This document shows, piece after piece, positions 25,600 through 37,939 of a stretch of 64,000 nucleotides of DNA. The notes below the pieces were generated by a model. The model was not told the DNA's origin. It saw only the letters and a program-made list of their open reading frames with translations, and did no database searches. Each line of letters starts with the position of its first letter. Position 1 is the first letter of the stretch. Source of the stretch: Macrostomum hystrix (Eukaryota > Animalia > Platyhelminthes); NCBI GenBank assembly GCA_950097015.1, contig CATNEN010000035.1, positions 1,364,001 to 1,428,000 of the forward strand. The letters are read 5' to 3'. A program made the translations under genes and the position numbers.

Positions 25600-28500
25600 A
25601 AGTAGATAAATAGTGAGAAGTAGATAGACAGTGAGAAGTAGATGGACAGTGAGAAGTAGATGGACAGTGAGAAGTAGAGGACAGTGAGAAGTAGATGGAC
25701 AGTGAGAAGTAGATAAACAGTGAGAAGTAGATAGACAGTGAGAAGTAGATGGATAGTGAGAAGTAGATGGACAGTGAGAAGTAGATGGACAGTGAGAAGT
25801 AGATGGACAGTGAGAAGTAGATGGACAGTGAGAAGTAGATGGACAGTGAGAAGTAGATGGACAGTGAGAAGTAGATAAACAGTGAGAAGTAGATAGACAG
25901 TGAGAAGTAGATAGACAGTGAGAAGTAGATGGATAGTGAGAAGTAGATGGACAGTGAGAAGTAGATGGACAGTGAGAAGTAGATGGACAGTGAGAAGTAG
26001 ATGGACAGTGAGAAGTAGATGGAGAGTGAGAATCCATGAGAAGTAGATGGAGAGTGAGAATCCATGAGAAGTAGATGGATAGTGAGAAGTAGATGGACAG
26101 TGAGAAGTAGATGGACAGTGAGAAGTAGATGGACAGTGAGAAGTAGATGGACAGTGAGAAGTAGATGGACAGTGAGAAGTAGATGGACAGTGAGAAGTAG
26201 ATGGACAGTGAGAAGTAGATGGACAGTGAGAAGTAGATGGACAGTGAGAAGTAGATGGACAGTGAGAAGTAGATGGACAGTGAGAAGTAGATGGACAGTG
26301 AGAAGTAGATGGAGAGTGAGAATCCATGAGAAGTAGATGGAGAGTGAGAATCCATGAGAAGTAGATGGATAGTGAGAAGTAGATGGACAGTGAGAAGTAG
26401 ATGGACAGTGAGAAGTAGATGGACAGTGAGAAGTAGATGGACAGTGAGAAGTAGATGGACAGTGAGAAGTAGATGGACAGTGAGAAGTAGATGGACAGTG
26501 AGAAGTAGATGGACAGTGAGAAGTAGATGGACAGTGAGAAGTAGATGGACAGTGAGAAGTAGATGGACAGTGAGAAGTAGATGGACAGTGAGAAGTAGAT
26601 GGACAGTGAGAAGTAGATGGACAGTGAGAAGTAGATGGACAGTGAGAATCCATGAGAAGTAGATGGATAGTGAGAAGTAGATGGACAGTGAGAAGTAGAT
26701 GGACAGTGAGAAGTAGATGGAGATTGAGAAGTAGATGGACAGTGAGAAGTAGATAAACAGTGAGAAGTAGATAGACAGTGAGAAGTAGATGGACTGTGAG
26801 AAGTAGATGGAGAGTGAGAATCCATGAGAAGTAGATGGACAGTGAGAAGTAGATGGACAGTGAGAAGTAGATGGACAGTGAGAAGTAGATGGACAGTGAG
26901 AAGTAGATGGACAGTGAGAAGTAGATGGACAGTGAGAAGTAGATGGACAGTGAGAAGTAGATGGACAGTGAGAAGTAGATGGAGAGTGAGAATCCATGAG
27001 AAGTAGATGGACAGTGAGAAGTAGATGGACAGTGAGAAGTAGATAGACAGTGAGAAGTAGATGGACAGTGAGAATCCATGAGAAGTAGATGGATAGTGAG
27101 AAGTAGATGGATAGTGAGAAGTAGATAGACAGTGAGAAGTAGATAAACTGTGAAAATTAGATGGACAGTGAGAAGTAGATGGACAGTGAGAAGTAGATGG
27201 ACAGTGAGAAGTAGATGGACAGTGAGAAGTAGATGGAGAGTGAGAAGTAGATGAATAGTGAGAAGTAGATAGACAGTTAGAAGTAGATAGACAGTGAGAA
27301 GTAGATGGACAGTGAGAAGTAGATGGAGAGTGAGAATCCATGAGAAGTAGATAGACAGTGAGAAGTAGATGGAGAGTGAGAAGTAGATGGACAGTGAGAA
27401 GTAGATGGAGAGTGAGAATCCATGAGAAGTAGATGGACAGTGAGAAGTAGATGGACAGTGAGAAGTAGATGGACAGTGAGAAGTAGATGGACAGTGAGAA
27501 GTAGATAGACAGTGAGAAGTAGATGGACAGTGAGAAGTAGATGGACAGTGAGAAGTAGATGGAGAGTGAGAATCCATGAGAAGTAGATGGACAGTGAGAA
27601 GTAGATGGACAGTGAGAAGTAGATGGACAGTGAGAAGTAGATGGAGAGTGAGAATCCATGAGAAGTAGATGGACAGTGAGAAGTAGATGGACAGTGAGAA
27701 GTAGATAGACAGTGAGAAGTAGATGGACAGTGAGAAGTAGATGGACAGTGAGAAGTAGATGGACAGTGAGAAGTAGATGGACAGTGAGAAGTAGATGGAG
27801 AGTGAGAATCCATGAGAAGTAGATGGACAGTGAGAAGTAGATGGACAGTGAGAAGTAGATGGACAGTGAGAAGTAGATGGACAGTGAGAAGTAGATAAAC
27901 AGTGAGAAGTAGATGGACAGTGAGAAGTAGATGGACAGTGAGAAGTAGATGGACAGTGAGAAGTAGATGGAGAGTGAGAAGTAGATGGACAGTGAGAAGT
28001 AGATGGAGAGTGAGAATCCATGAGAAGTAGATGGACAGTGAGAAGTAGATGGACAGTGAGAAGTAGATGGACAGTGAGAAGTAGATGGACAGTGAGAAGT
28101 AGATAGACAGTGAGAAGTAGATGGACAGTGAGAAGTAGATGGACAGTGAGAAGTAGATGGACAGTGAGAATCCATGAGAAGTAGATGGACAGTGAGAATC
28201 CATGAGAAGTAGATGGACAGTGAGAAGTAGATGGACAGTGAGAAGTAGATGGACAGTGAGAAGTAGATGGACAGTGAGAAGTAGATGGACAGTGAGAAGT
28301 AGATAGACAGTGAGAAGTAGATGGACAGTGAGAAGTAGATGGACAGTGAGAAGTAGATGGACAGTGAGAAGTAGATGGACAGTGAGAAGTAGATAAACAG
28401 TGAGAAGTAGATGGACAGTGAGAAGTAGATAGACAGTGAGAAGTAGATGGACAGTGAGAAGTAGATGGACAGTGAGAAGTAGATAGACAGTGAGAAGTAG

Positions 28501-28670
28501 ATGGACAGTGAGAAGTAGATGGACAGTGAGAAGTAGATGGACAGTGAGAAGTAGATGGACAGTGAGAATCCATGAGAAGTAGATGGACAGTGAGAATCCA
28601 TGAGAAGTAGATGGACAGTGAGAATCCATGAGAAGTAGATGGATAGTGAGAAGTAGATGGATAGTGAGAT
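25600..28670. repeat. 18-bp minisatellite (AGTGAGAAGTAGATGGAC) with a recurrent 10-nt AATCCATGAG-type insertion
   Basis: Visible tandem units. Confidence 0.97.
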
Positions 28671-29528
28671 CTATTGAGAGTGGTAGATAAGAATCCTGAG
28701 AAGTAGATCGATAGTGGGAGACATTGAAAGGGGTGGGTGGGAAGACGGTGAATCAGATCGATAGTGATCGATAATGAAAAGCAGAGACAGAGAGAGAAAC
28801 GTTGCAAATAGAAGTGGATCGATGATAAAGAATTTGAAAGATCAACAGTGGGACAAGCGTTAGTTGGGTTCAATTGGGAGCAGTCTAGTGCTCAAGTTCG
28901 GCAGGTGGGATTGCCTTCCCGTTTTTGCCTTAGAGTCTGGGGCAGCACTAAAAGCAGGTAAAGACGGAGAAAGTTAAGCCATTGCATGGGAAAAGTATAA
29001 AGATACACACTGGGGGTTATGGAGGCCATGAGGGGCTAGGACTATGGGCAAACAAGACTCAAATCTAGCTTTGAGGAATGGGACTGCAGGGGGGTTAATG
29101 GGCGGAGACGCCTGGCAGGTGAATGGATGGCTAGAGGCGCTACCGAAGCAACCAATTGTCTAGGGATCCATCAGCACCCACCCCACGGGGCTCGGCTGCT
29201 GCCCCATCTCCCAAAACAGTTTCACCTTCCGCCATCTCCCGGTCTATCCAGCCATCCCCTTTCCCTCTTCTCTTTCCTCCTCTGGGTGTGTGTCAGTGTT
29301 GTGTGTGTGCCCCGACCCCTGCCATCGTCCTATCATCAGGAGCTTTTTATTGCAGCAGGAATCTGTTCCCAGCAACCGTCTCCCCCTTCGAACGGGTCGC
29401 GCTGCGCCTACTCAAAAGCTTCTAGCTCGGCCGAGTCATTCAAGATCGTCCCTTCCAGCCCCTTCATTCCCGTGAAATTCTAGTCCGAGTTTCGTACAAA
29501 ATTCTATGACATTGAGCAGTGCTCAGAA

Positions 29529-29841
29529 ATGCCTCTGGTTGGTGTAATGATTGTGACCAGCTTAGCAGCTTGTGCCCTGGCAGTCTCTGCATCAGTGGCA
29601 ATCGCCATGATTTCATCCAGAGCCGACATTCCCGACGCTCTAGAAGGCCTTGGCGAGCCGATTAAGATTGGCAACCGGTACTATTTTGCAGGCGACAGCA
29701 GCGGTTGCCGAAGCCCCGGCGAGGCCTGCTCGCAGCCAGCCGGCGGCATCTGTGCCACCTCTGGCTCCAAGATCGCATGCGAGTGCCCGAAGGACAAGAC
29801 GCTGACGACCCACGGGAGCGGAGAGAAGTTCTGTCAGAGCA
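29529..29841 (+). CDS. EGF/EB-ZP transmembrane protein, exon 1/13: signal sequence and first Cys-rich module
   Basis: ATG at 29529, hydrophobic N-terminus, CRSPGEAC...GGIC...ACECP...FC; donor A|gtgagt (phase 1). Confidence 0.8.
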
Positions 29842-29932
29842 GTGAGTAACTATCGCACTAGCTTGAAATTAATTTGAGTTCTCAGACTTATTCCAGAGGT
29901 CCAGTTTTAGTCCACGGACTGGCGACCATCTC

Positions 29933-30230
29933 ACCTGAGTTCGATTCCGCGGCGAAGCCGCATTAAACTGGGGCACAGCCACGGAGATAAGGCTCGGGGG
30001 CTTGTCATGCAGTTCACGACTTTGAGGGCCAACCTCCAGGGCACAGTGACAGTGTGCACTGCCTGACGATGAGAAAGTCAGAGCAGATGTTCAAACCCTG
30101 TGTGAGCGTATGCCTGCGTACAGTATCTGTGTGCGTGTGTGCTCAGGAGTCAGCGGAATGGGCAGAATTGCCTCCTCGCTGGCTGCAGGTCTAGTGTCAC
30201 CAAATGATGTGCCATTGCCTGCAGCCCTCC
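29933..30230 (+). mobile_element. SINE family B, copy B (5'-truncated, intron 1)
   Basis: B-box GTTCGATTCC at 29939-29948; body matches the reverse complement of 7285-7560. Confidence 0.85.
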
Positions 30231-31339
30231 AGCTATTATTATTTTTAGCACCAGTTGCGTAAGCAGCAGCAACGGTAATAGCATCAGAAGTACTAGTGAC
30301 AGCAGCAGCAGCAGCAGCAGCAGAGGTGGCAGCAAGAGCCGTAAGAGGAACAGGTCTAGCTCCGTAGCAGTATTTTAGAAAAGCAATGTCTGCAAGTCAA
30401 TGCGCTTTTTTGTTTAGTTCTCCAATTATGGAATTCGCATCGACCGTCTCCAAAGCTTTTGTACGAGTAGAAAGAGATTTTTTAGGTGAAGGGCAAAAAA
30501 ACAGAAAGACCATTTCAATATAGTGGGAGAGCAAAGGATATTGAGAGTGAGTGGAGAGCAGAGCAGCGGGCAGGTCATGCCGGCAGCAACCATATGACTG
30601 ACTGACTGACTGACAATGACTGTCGATATGTCGAGCTCAGCCAGCTAATCAACCAGATGAAAGGTGCATGCATGAATAGTAGGAAGAGGAGGTTAGAGAA
30701 GCTAATTCAAAACACTAAAAAATCAGGGCCGGATGGATAAGTGAATGGGGAATGATGAGTTTGGAAATGAGCCATAAAAGGCAGTCATTTGGTTGCCTAT
30801 CCATCTAAAGGGATAGTAAAATATAATTACTGCTTTTAGAATTCTCAGTTTGTAAGACTAAAAATGTAGATTTCCAATTTTAGTGTCCATAAATATGTTT
30901 CAAAATGGTCGTGGTGTTATATTCTGCTGGCGATAATTTCGGGAAAAAATTCATCAATTTTCATACCCTGGGACATAATAAAAAGGGCCTTCAATTTCCA
31001 CCTCGGAAAGCACTTTTACACCTTGAGAAACAAAAAAACGATTCGCAACTAAGAAAGCAAACAATGAGCTGGAAACTGCTAAATTGTAGTCCCTCACACA
31101 GTTATTCGATGTCCTCGTATCGACGCGTGATCGTGTGTACTCAAAGCCTTTGACAATATGCCTTCCTGAGGAACAATGGAGCCCCTTTGTCAGTGACACT
31201 GCATCGGACTTGGCCTGTGTTTGCCAGCTTGAAGACTAGAGCCAGAGAGAGGACTTCGGCGGATGCCAAAGATTTCAAGATAGCTTTCAAACTGGAAAAC
31301 AGCTTCTTCCAGTCTGTCAGTGTCCCTGTCTTTGTGTCT

Positions 31340-31340
31340 T

Positions 31341-31375
<35 letters not shown>

Positions 31376-31392
31376 GCCTGACTGTCTGTCTA

Positions 31393-31431
<39 letters not shown>

Positions 31432-31556
31432 GCCTGTCTGTCTGTCTGTCTGTCTGTCTGTCTGCCTGTCTGTCTGTCTGTCTGTCTGTCTGTCTGCCTG
31501 ACTGTCTGTCTGTCTGTGTGTCTGTCTGTCTGTCTGTCTGGGTATCTGTGTGTCTC

Positions 31557-31603
<47 letters not shown>

Positions 31604-31654
31604 GCCTGACTGTCTGTCTGTCTTTCTTTCTGTCTGTCTGTCTGTCTGTCTGCC

Positions 31655-31695
<41 letters not shown>

Positions 31696-31706
31696 GTCTG
31701 TCTGCC

Positions 31707-31791
<85 letters not shown>

Positions 31792-31830
31792 GCCTGTCTG
31801 TTAACCTGTCTGTCTGACTGTCGTCTGTCT
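31340..31830. repeat. (TCTG)n microsatellite
   Basis: Visible. Confidence 0.97.
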
Positions 31831-32499
31831 TCCTCTCTGTATGTCCCATCTCCAACCGGGACAGGCATTGATTCCTCTCTCACTACCTATCATAGCAGTG
31901 TTTCGTTATTTTCTAAAAAAAATTCTTCCCAAGCCCGCAACTTTTTCACCCCCCCCTGTGGCAAGCAGGAAAAAGCCAGCAGCAGAAAACTGCTGGGCCA
32001 TTGTTACTCAACCAGGTGAAACGGCTAATGCTGGTTATGAAAATATGAGAACTGTTATAAAAAGCTTTCAATTCTAGTAAAAACATTTTTAAAATAAGAA
32101 ATCTGTTCCTTTAAAAACGCAGGGAAAAATGTAGAATGAAAAATATGGAATTTCTATTTCGACATGGCAAAACAATTTCAAGGGCGGAGCAGGCGAGAAA
32201 TCTACATTATTTAAGATTCTGCTTTCTAATTAATGCAGAAACATTCAGTAGACAATTTTGCTATCTTAAATAGGCGAGAAAATAATAGCGAGCCTTGTTA
32301 ACATGTGGGATCCCTGTTGAGTTCTTAGGATAGGATTAAATCATTTTTACAGCTAGCTTACAATCAACTCGTCTGCTTACTCTTAAGAATTACACTGAGA
32401 ACGATAAAATATTGAAATTTGTTAATAATATAAGATAAAGAGGTGTTACAGAGATGGAATTAATGTGAGATAATAGCGTGTTAGACTGAAGCAGGGTGT

Positions 32500-32970
32500 T
32501 AGACAGGGAATAGAGGTGTTAGAACATGGAATAGATGTGTTAGACAGGGAATAAAAGTGTTAGACAGGGAATAGCACGGTGTTAGACGGAATAGCTGGGT
32601 GTTAGACAGGGAAAAGAGGTGTTAGACAGGGAAAAGAGGTGTTAGACAGGGAAAAGAGGTGTTAGACAGGGAATAGTTGGGTGTTAGACAGGGAATAGCG
32701 GGGTGTTAGACAGGGAAAATAGGTGTTAGACAGGGAATAGCAGGGTGTTAGACAGGGAAAAGAGGTGTTAGACAGGGGAAAGAGGTGTTAGACAGGGAAA
32801 AGAGGTGTTAGACAGGGAATAGTTGGGTGTTAGACAGGGAATAGCAGGGTGTTAGCCAGTGAAAAGAGGTGTTAGACAGGGAATAGCAGGGTGCTAGACA
32901 GGGAATAGCTGGGTGTTAGACAGGGAAAAGAGGTGTTAGACAGGGAATAGCCGAGTGTTATACAGGCTAG
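32500..32970. repeat. 20/22-bp minisatellite (GGTGTTAGACAGGGAA core)
   Basis: Visible tandem units. Confidence 0.92.
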
Positions 32971-33434
32971 ACTTCCTAAATGTTATTGCAAGCGGATCCC
33001 AATAAGAAGAAATTCCATTGCTCAACCCACTGGCAGGATACTGTTATCAATAATAATCAGAAGACGTTTCCCTATTAGCTTCGAAATCAATCCTCGCGAG
33101 CTACTATCCCACCTCCCAATCGACAAATGACTCCGCGATGTCCATATTTAAGCATTGCTTTTAATACGTTAATCGAAGACAGGCATCAATGGGACCCAGG
33201 AAATTTGATCAGTCAGTTGGATTGCTGAAATATGCGTGAATAATCGGCTACACGTAGTTCCAAGCAGAACTGAATGATTTCAACTTCATGTGCCGCCAAC
33301 GCACTTCTTGTCAGAGCAAGAATCTTCGCTGTAAAAAAATGCGGCATTTTGACTCTCAAAAGTACATCAACGAGATAATCTCGTTGACATCTCGCAAACA
33401 ACGAGCTTCAATAAAAAATACCCACAACTTCCAG

Positions 33435-33569
33435 AGCTGCTCGATGTCGCCTGCAGTCGCGACAGCGACGCCGCCTGCCAGCTGGTGAAGGACAGCGTGT
33501 GCACTGCGCACGAGGCCCGCTGCATCTGCCTGCCCTACTTTACCTACGTGCCGCACAGGCATCAGTGCA
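33435..33569 (+). CDS. EGF/EB-ZP protein, exon 2/13 (EB-like module)
   Basis: ttccag|AG ... TGCA|gtgagt; encodes LLDVACSRDSDAACQLVKDSVCTAHEARCICLPYFTYVPHRHQC. Confidence 0.85.
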
Positions 33570-33599
33570 GTGAGTGCCAAAGCACTTTTAGGGCATGGT

Positions 33600-34380
33600 T
33601 TTCTGGGCTTATCAGTGAGGGGGATGGTGTTCTGGGCTTATCAGTGAGTGGGATGGAGTGCTGGGCTTATCAGTGAGTGGGATGGAGTGCTGGGCTTATC
33701 AGTGAGTGGGATGGGGTGCTAGGCTTATCAGTGAGGTGGATGGTGTTCTGGGCTTATCAGTGAGTGGGATGGGGTGCTAGGCTTATCAGTGAGGTGGATG
33801 GTGTTCTGGGCTTATCATTTAGTGGATGGGGTGCTGGGCTTATCAGTGAGGTGGATGGTGTTCTGGGCTTATCAGTGAGTGGGATGGAGTGCTGGGCTTA
33901 TCAGTGAGTGGGATGGAGTGCTGGGCTTATCAGTGAGTGGGATGGGGTGCTAGGCTTATCAGTGAGGTGGATGGTGTTCTGGGCTTATCAGTGAGTGGGA
34001 TGGGGTGCTGGGCTTATCAGTGAGTGGGATGGGGTGCTAGGCTTATTAGTGACGGGGATGGGGTGCTGGGCTTATCAGTGAGGGGGATGGGGTGCTGGGC
34101 TTATCAGTGAGGGGGATGGGGTGCTGGGCTTATCAGTGAGGGGGATGGGGTGCTGGGCTTATCAGTGAGGGGGTGGTGTTCTGGGCTTATCAGTGAGGGG
34201 GATGGTGTTCTGGGCTTATCAGTGAGGGGGATGGGGTGCTGGGCTTATCAGTGAGAGGGATGGGGTGCTGGGCTTATCAGTGAGGGGGATGGGGTGCTGG
34301 GGCTTATCAGTGAAAGGGGATGGGGTGCTGTGGCTTATCAGTGAGGGGATGGGGTGCTGGGCTTATCAGTGAGGGGGGTG
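33600..34380. repeat. 29-bp minisatellite (GGGCTTATCAGTGAGTGGGATGGGGTGCT), intron 2
   Basis: Visible tandem units. Confidence 0.95.
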
Positions 34381-34452
34381 AGCTCATTCTTACAAGGTAA
34401 TCAAGGCTTCCTGACCGACAGCCTCAGTTAAAATTGACTGTACGCTATTCAG

Positions 34453-34546
34453 AGCCAATCTACACGAAGAAATCGCCACACAGACTCTACTGTAAAGCGT
34501 GCGAGGACGAGGGTGGCATTTGTGTCAAGGAGGACGACTTAAACGA
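34453..34546 (+). CDS. EGF/EB-ZP protein, exon 3/13
   Basis: ttcag|AG ... GA|gtgagc; encodes PIYTKKSPHRLYCKACEDEGGICVKEDDLN. Confidence 0.8.
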
Positions 34547-34621
34547 GTGAGCTGACCGAGTTGTTATTTGTTACCCCCTAGCAACAGCCTCGCAACCTAC
34601 TCACTACCTTCCCCATTCCAG

Positions 34622-34752
34622 GAGCAACGGTGAGCTGATAACGGAGGACAGACAGACATTCCGGTTGAGCTGCTCATGCCCGGCTGGCAAAGGGGTGCCC
34701 CGGCTCGGACCTGAGGGCAAGTGGGCCGCCCAGGTGTGCTCAACTAGGCTGC
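34622..34752 (+). CDS. EGF/EB-ZP protein, exon 4/13
   Basis: ttccag|G ... C|gtaagt; encodes SNGELITEDRQTFRLSCSCPAGKG...QVCSTRL. Confidence 0.8.
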
Positions 34753-34986
34753 GTAAGTGCTCAAAAAGACAAACTGGGTGTCGATTCTATCAAGAGATAA
34801 GAGTTCTTTAGGAAGCAATTCTGTCCGTTTTGCTGACCCCAGAGCACATGCTCACAGGCACACTCTCAAATTGCGAATCTACTTAGTATAGTGGACTAGC
34901 AATTTCGCTCCCCTCTGAATCATAATCCCGTGGTAACAAAGTGGTTACATATGAAAATGGAAGGTAGGATATAAATGCCTTTGTGA

Positions 34987-35175
34987 TCTCGCACCAAAAG
35001 GTCCCTGAGCTCGATTCCGCGTGACCTTATGAATTTGGGGCGCACGCAGCCGCGGAGAGAAGGCTTGGGGGCTTGTCATGCTTATTACGATGAGGGCTAA
35101 ACCCCTAGTGCACAATGAGAGTTTAAACTGCCTGACGATAAGAAAGGCAGGGCGGATGCGCGCACATGTTTGAGC
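34987..35175 (+). mobile_element. SINE family B, copy C (diverged, intron 4)
   Basis: AAGGTCCCTGAGCTCGATTCCGCG...CTGCCTGACGAT is shared with the other copies. Confidence 0.78.
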
Positions 35176-35259
35176 ACACGAAATAGTGCTCCAGTGCCCA
35201 CAGCCCCCTTGGAATTAATTTGAATAGTTTATCAAATCAAAAAACTTCGCCACCCCCAG

Positions 35260-35418
35260 GTGACATTGACGAGCTGTGCGACGACTCCAGCCTGTTGTGC
35301 CGAAGCAAGCACGCAGTCTGTCGGCGACCGCGCGACGTGGAGACCGACTTCAAACGGTGCCAATGCCCGGATAGATTTGTGCCAGTCTACCAGCCCTGGC
35401 TGAAGTACTACGAGTGCT
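35260..35418 (+). CDS. EGF/EB-ZP protein, exon 5/13 (EB-like module)
   Basis: ccccag|GT ... T|gtgagc; encodes DIDELCDDSSLLCRSKHAVC...RCQCPDRFVPVYQPWLKYYEC. Confidence 0.85.
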
Positions 35419-35862
35419 GTGAGCCTGAGTTCGCTGGGCTCTTGGGCAGGGGACAAGAAAATAGGAGAGAAAGAGGCGATTGGAAAGGAAGGAAGAATGA
35501 GTAGAGGAAAGAGGGGTAGAAGGGGAAGAGGGGAGAGGAAGTGAGAAGGGCAAGAGGGGAGAGGAAGAGAGAAGAGCAGCAAGAGGTGAGAAGAAGGGAG
35601 AGGAAGAGGGGAGAGGAAGAGGGAGAGGAAGAGGGAGAGGAAGAGGGGAGAGGAAGAGGGAGAGGAAGAGGGGAGAGGAAGAGGGAGAGGAAGAGGGAGA
35701 GGAAGAGGGGAGAGGAAGAGGGAGAGGAAGAGGGAGAGGAAGAGGGAGAGGAAGAGGGAGAGGAAGAGGGAGAGGAAGAGGGAGAGGAAGAGGGAGAGGA
35801 AGAGGGAGAGGAAGAGGGGAGAGAAGGAGAGAGGGAGAGAGAGAGCGGGAGAGAGGAGAGAG

Positions 35863-36051
35863 GACACTGCCCATTGAATTTCAAAAATCTAATGTTGGAA
35901 TCGATTCCGATATGTATCGAAAAAATTGAAATCAGGATTCGAACCAAGGCAACTCCAGACGCGTTTCGCTCTTTTTGGAGCTCATCAGTAGAGTCTAGCC
36001 TAGCGCTCTAGCCATTAGGCTTTAGGCGCTTGTTCAAATCCAGCTTTCAAT
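35863..36051 (-). mobile_element. Hammerhead-containing tRNA-promoter element, copy 2 (intron 5 of the ZP gene, antisense)
   Basis: Colinear with 6751-6939 (offset 29112) with only a few substitutions. Confidence 0.85.
35951..35995 (-). ncRNA. Type I hammerhead ribozyme, copy 2
   Basis: GACTCTA-CTGATGA-GCTC-CAAAAA-GAGC-GAAAC-GC-GTC-TGGAGTT; differs from copy 1 only in loop II. Predicted cleavage is between 35958 and 35957. Confidence 0.92.
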
Positions 36052-37089
36052 TTCAAAAATTGAAGAGGCGAGAGGAAGAGGGAGAGGAAGAGGGAGAGGA
36101 AGAGGGAGAGGAAGAGGGAGAGGAAGAGGGAGAGGAAGAGGGGAGAGGAAGAGGGGAGAGGAAGAGGGGAGAGGAGAGCTTGCACGCACAAATTCTTTGT
36201 CAGCAGGCATATCTTTTAATTGTGTCTGAGTTGATAATTTATAATGTCAGACTTATGCCACACCGAATCAGGTTATTGTTTGCCCTTTGCACTTTGAGTT
36301 GGAGGCTGTTGTGAGCGGATGGATTCTGCGCCGACAATTTATTAAATTCAGATGGATCCTGAAAAAATGATTTAGGCTACACCAGACTTCAGGGGTTCGC
36401 TCGGAGTCTAAAAACTTGCTCAAGCAGGGTCTTGGACTCCAGTAGCTGGAAGAAATGTGCTCAAATGTGTGTGCTCCGCCAGCAATTCCCCTAGCTCTCG
36501 GAAACTTTTTGCCCCCCATTGTTCCAGGCAAGGCGTCAGAGCTGTAGGCGAAGGGGGGTCGCTAAAAGCTGAAGTGGCCCTCGTAAGCCTTGCAATTCTA
36601 AGGTGGATATTAGAAATTCATCGATTTTAATTTTCTCCAGGCCAATGCAGAACGATCAGATCTGCTAGGGGCAGAAATTAAACAAGTGAAAAGCTCAACC
36701 TAAAGACACTGCGGAAAAATTTGGCCACTGAAAGAAGCTGGATCATTGTGAGATGAAAGATTGACAGCTGAGTGACAGATGAGAGTGGAGATCAAGCCAG
36801 TACTGATTTTAGCTTCTCTTAGAGAGAGACAGTGAGGGCCTACTCAACACGCTGCCGCTCTGCTGATGTTGATGTATGCTATTCAGCCAGTGATTAACAA
36901 GTGCTCTCGATCATACCATAATAGCCCACAGAGCATAAGATCTGCGTCCTAAATTATCATCGGCTCTGAGAAAGTGTAGGAAATATTTTTGCATTTATTT
37001 TAAAGCCATGTTAATTGTTTTATAGTTGCTTTGAAACACCGCATTGCAGCACTAATTCTCAAGAATAGCAATTTATGATCAAAACACAA

Positions 37090-37580
37090 TCTACTCCCGC
37101 TGCCGTGTCTACCCTAACTAATCTACTCCCACTGCCTTGTCTACCCTAACTAATCTACTCCCGCTGCCGTGTCTACCCTAACTAATCTACTCCCACTGCC
37201 TTGTCTACCCTAACTAATCTACTCCCGCTGCCTTGTCTACCCTAACTAATCTACTCCCGCTGCCGTGTCTACCCTAACTAATCTACTCCCACTGCCTTGT
37301 CTACCCTAACTAATCTACTCCCGCTGCCGTGTCTACCCTAACTAATCTACTCCCACTGCCCTGTCTACCCTAACTAATCTACTCCCGCTGCCGTGTCTAC
37401 CCTAACTAATCTACTCCCGCTGCCGTGTCTACCCTAACTAATCTACTCCCACTGCCTTGTCTACCCTAACTAATCTACTCCCACTGCCTTGTCTACCCTA
37501 ACTAATCTACTCCCGCTGCCCTGTCTACCCTAACTAATCTACTCCCACTGCCCTGTCTACCCTAACTAATCTACTCCCAC
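37090..37580. repeat. 32-bp minisatellite (CTACTCCCGCTGCCGTGTCTACCCTAACTAAT) abutting the exon 6 acceptor
   Basis: Visible tandem units. Confidence 0.95.
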
Positions 37581-37598
37581 TACCCCTCTCACTCGCAG

Positions 37599-37781
37599 TT
37601 GAGAGGCTGTACAACTCTGAGAAGTGCGGCAACTGCGGCTCAGCCGACTCATTCGGCATCTGCTACGCAGCCAGCAACGGCAGCGAGCCGGGTTGCCTCT
37701 GTCCGCGTCGCATGTCCACTCCGATGGCATCGAATGGCGGTCGAGAACCGGTCTGGGGCAGCCCCTGCAGCAAGCGGCACG
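37599..37781 (+). CDS. EGF/EB-ZP protein, exon 6/13 (Cys-rich module)
   Basis: ctcgcag|TT ... G|gtgagc; encodes ERLYNSEKCGNCGSADSFGICY...GCLCP...SPCSKRH. Confidence 0.85.
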
Positions 37782-37939
37782 GTGAGCGGCATGCAAATTT
37801 TCTCCGAAATTCCCAGATCGTCATTAGGGATTTCGCACTTAGTGTTACTAAATCCCGAATTTGTGTCAGAAATCCTAAATTAGTGTCAGAAAAATCCTAT
37901 TCGTGTCAAGATTCTGTTTTTAGTGTCGGTAATTCTTGT

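Larger units (their letters stand above)
35520..36175. repeat. 12/13-bp GA-rich array (GAGGAAGAGGGA) interrupted by the hammerhead element
   Basis: The same unit lies on both sides of 35863-36051. Confidence 0.9.

Noticed and set aside
31290-31830. Helentron/DINE-like element suggested by (GTCT)n and a small upstream hairpin
   Set aside because: No subterminal inverted repeats or 3' stem-loop could be identified; treated as a plain microsatellite.
34622-34629. 8-nt microexon (cag|GAGCAACG|gtgag)
   Set aside because: The reading frame continues openly to the donor at 34752 and keeps phase, so a single exon is simpler.
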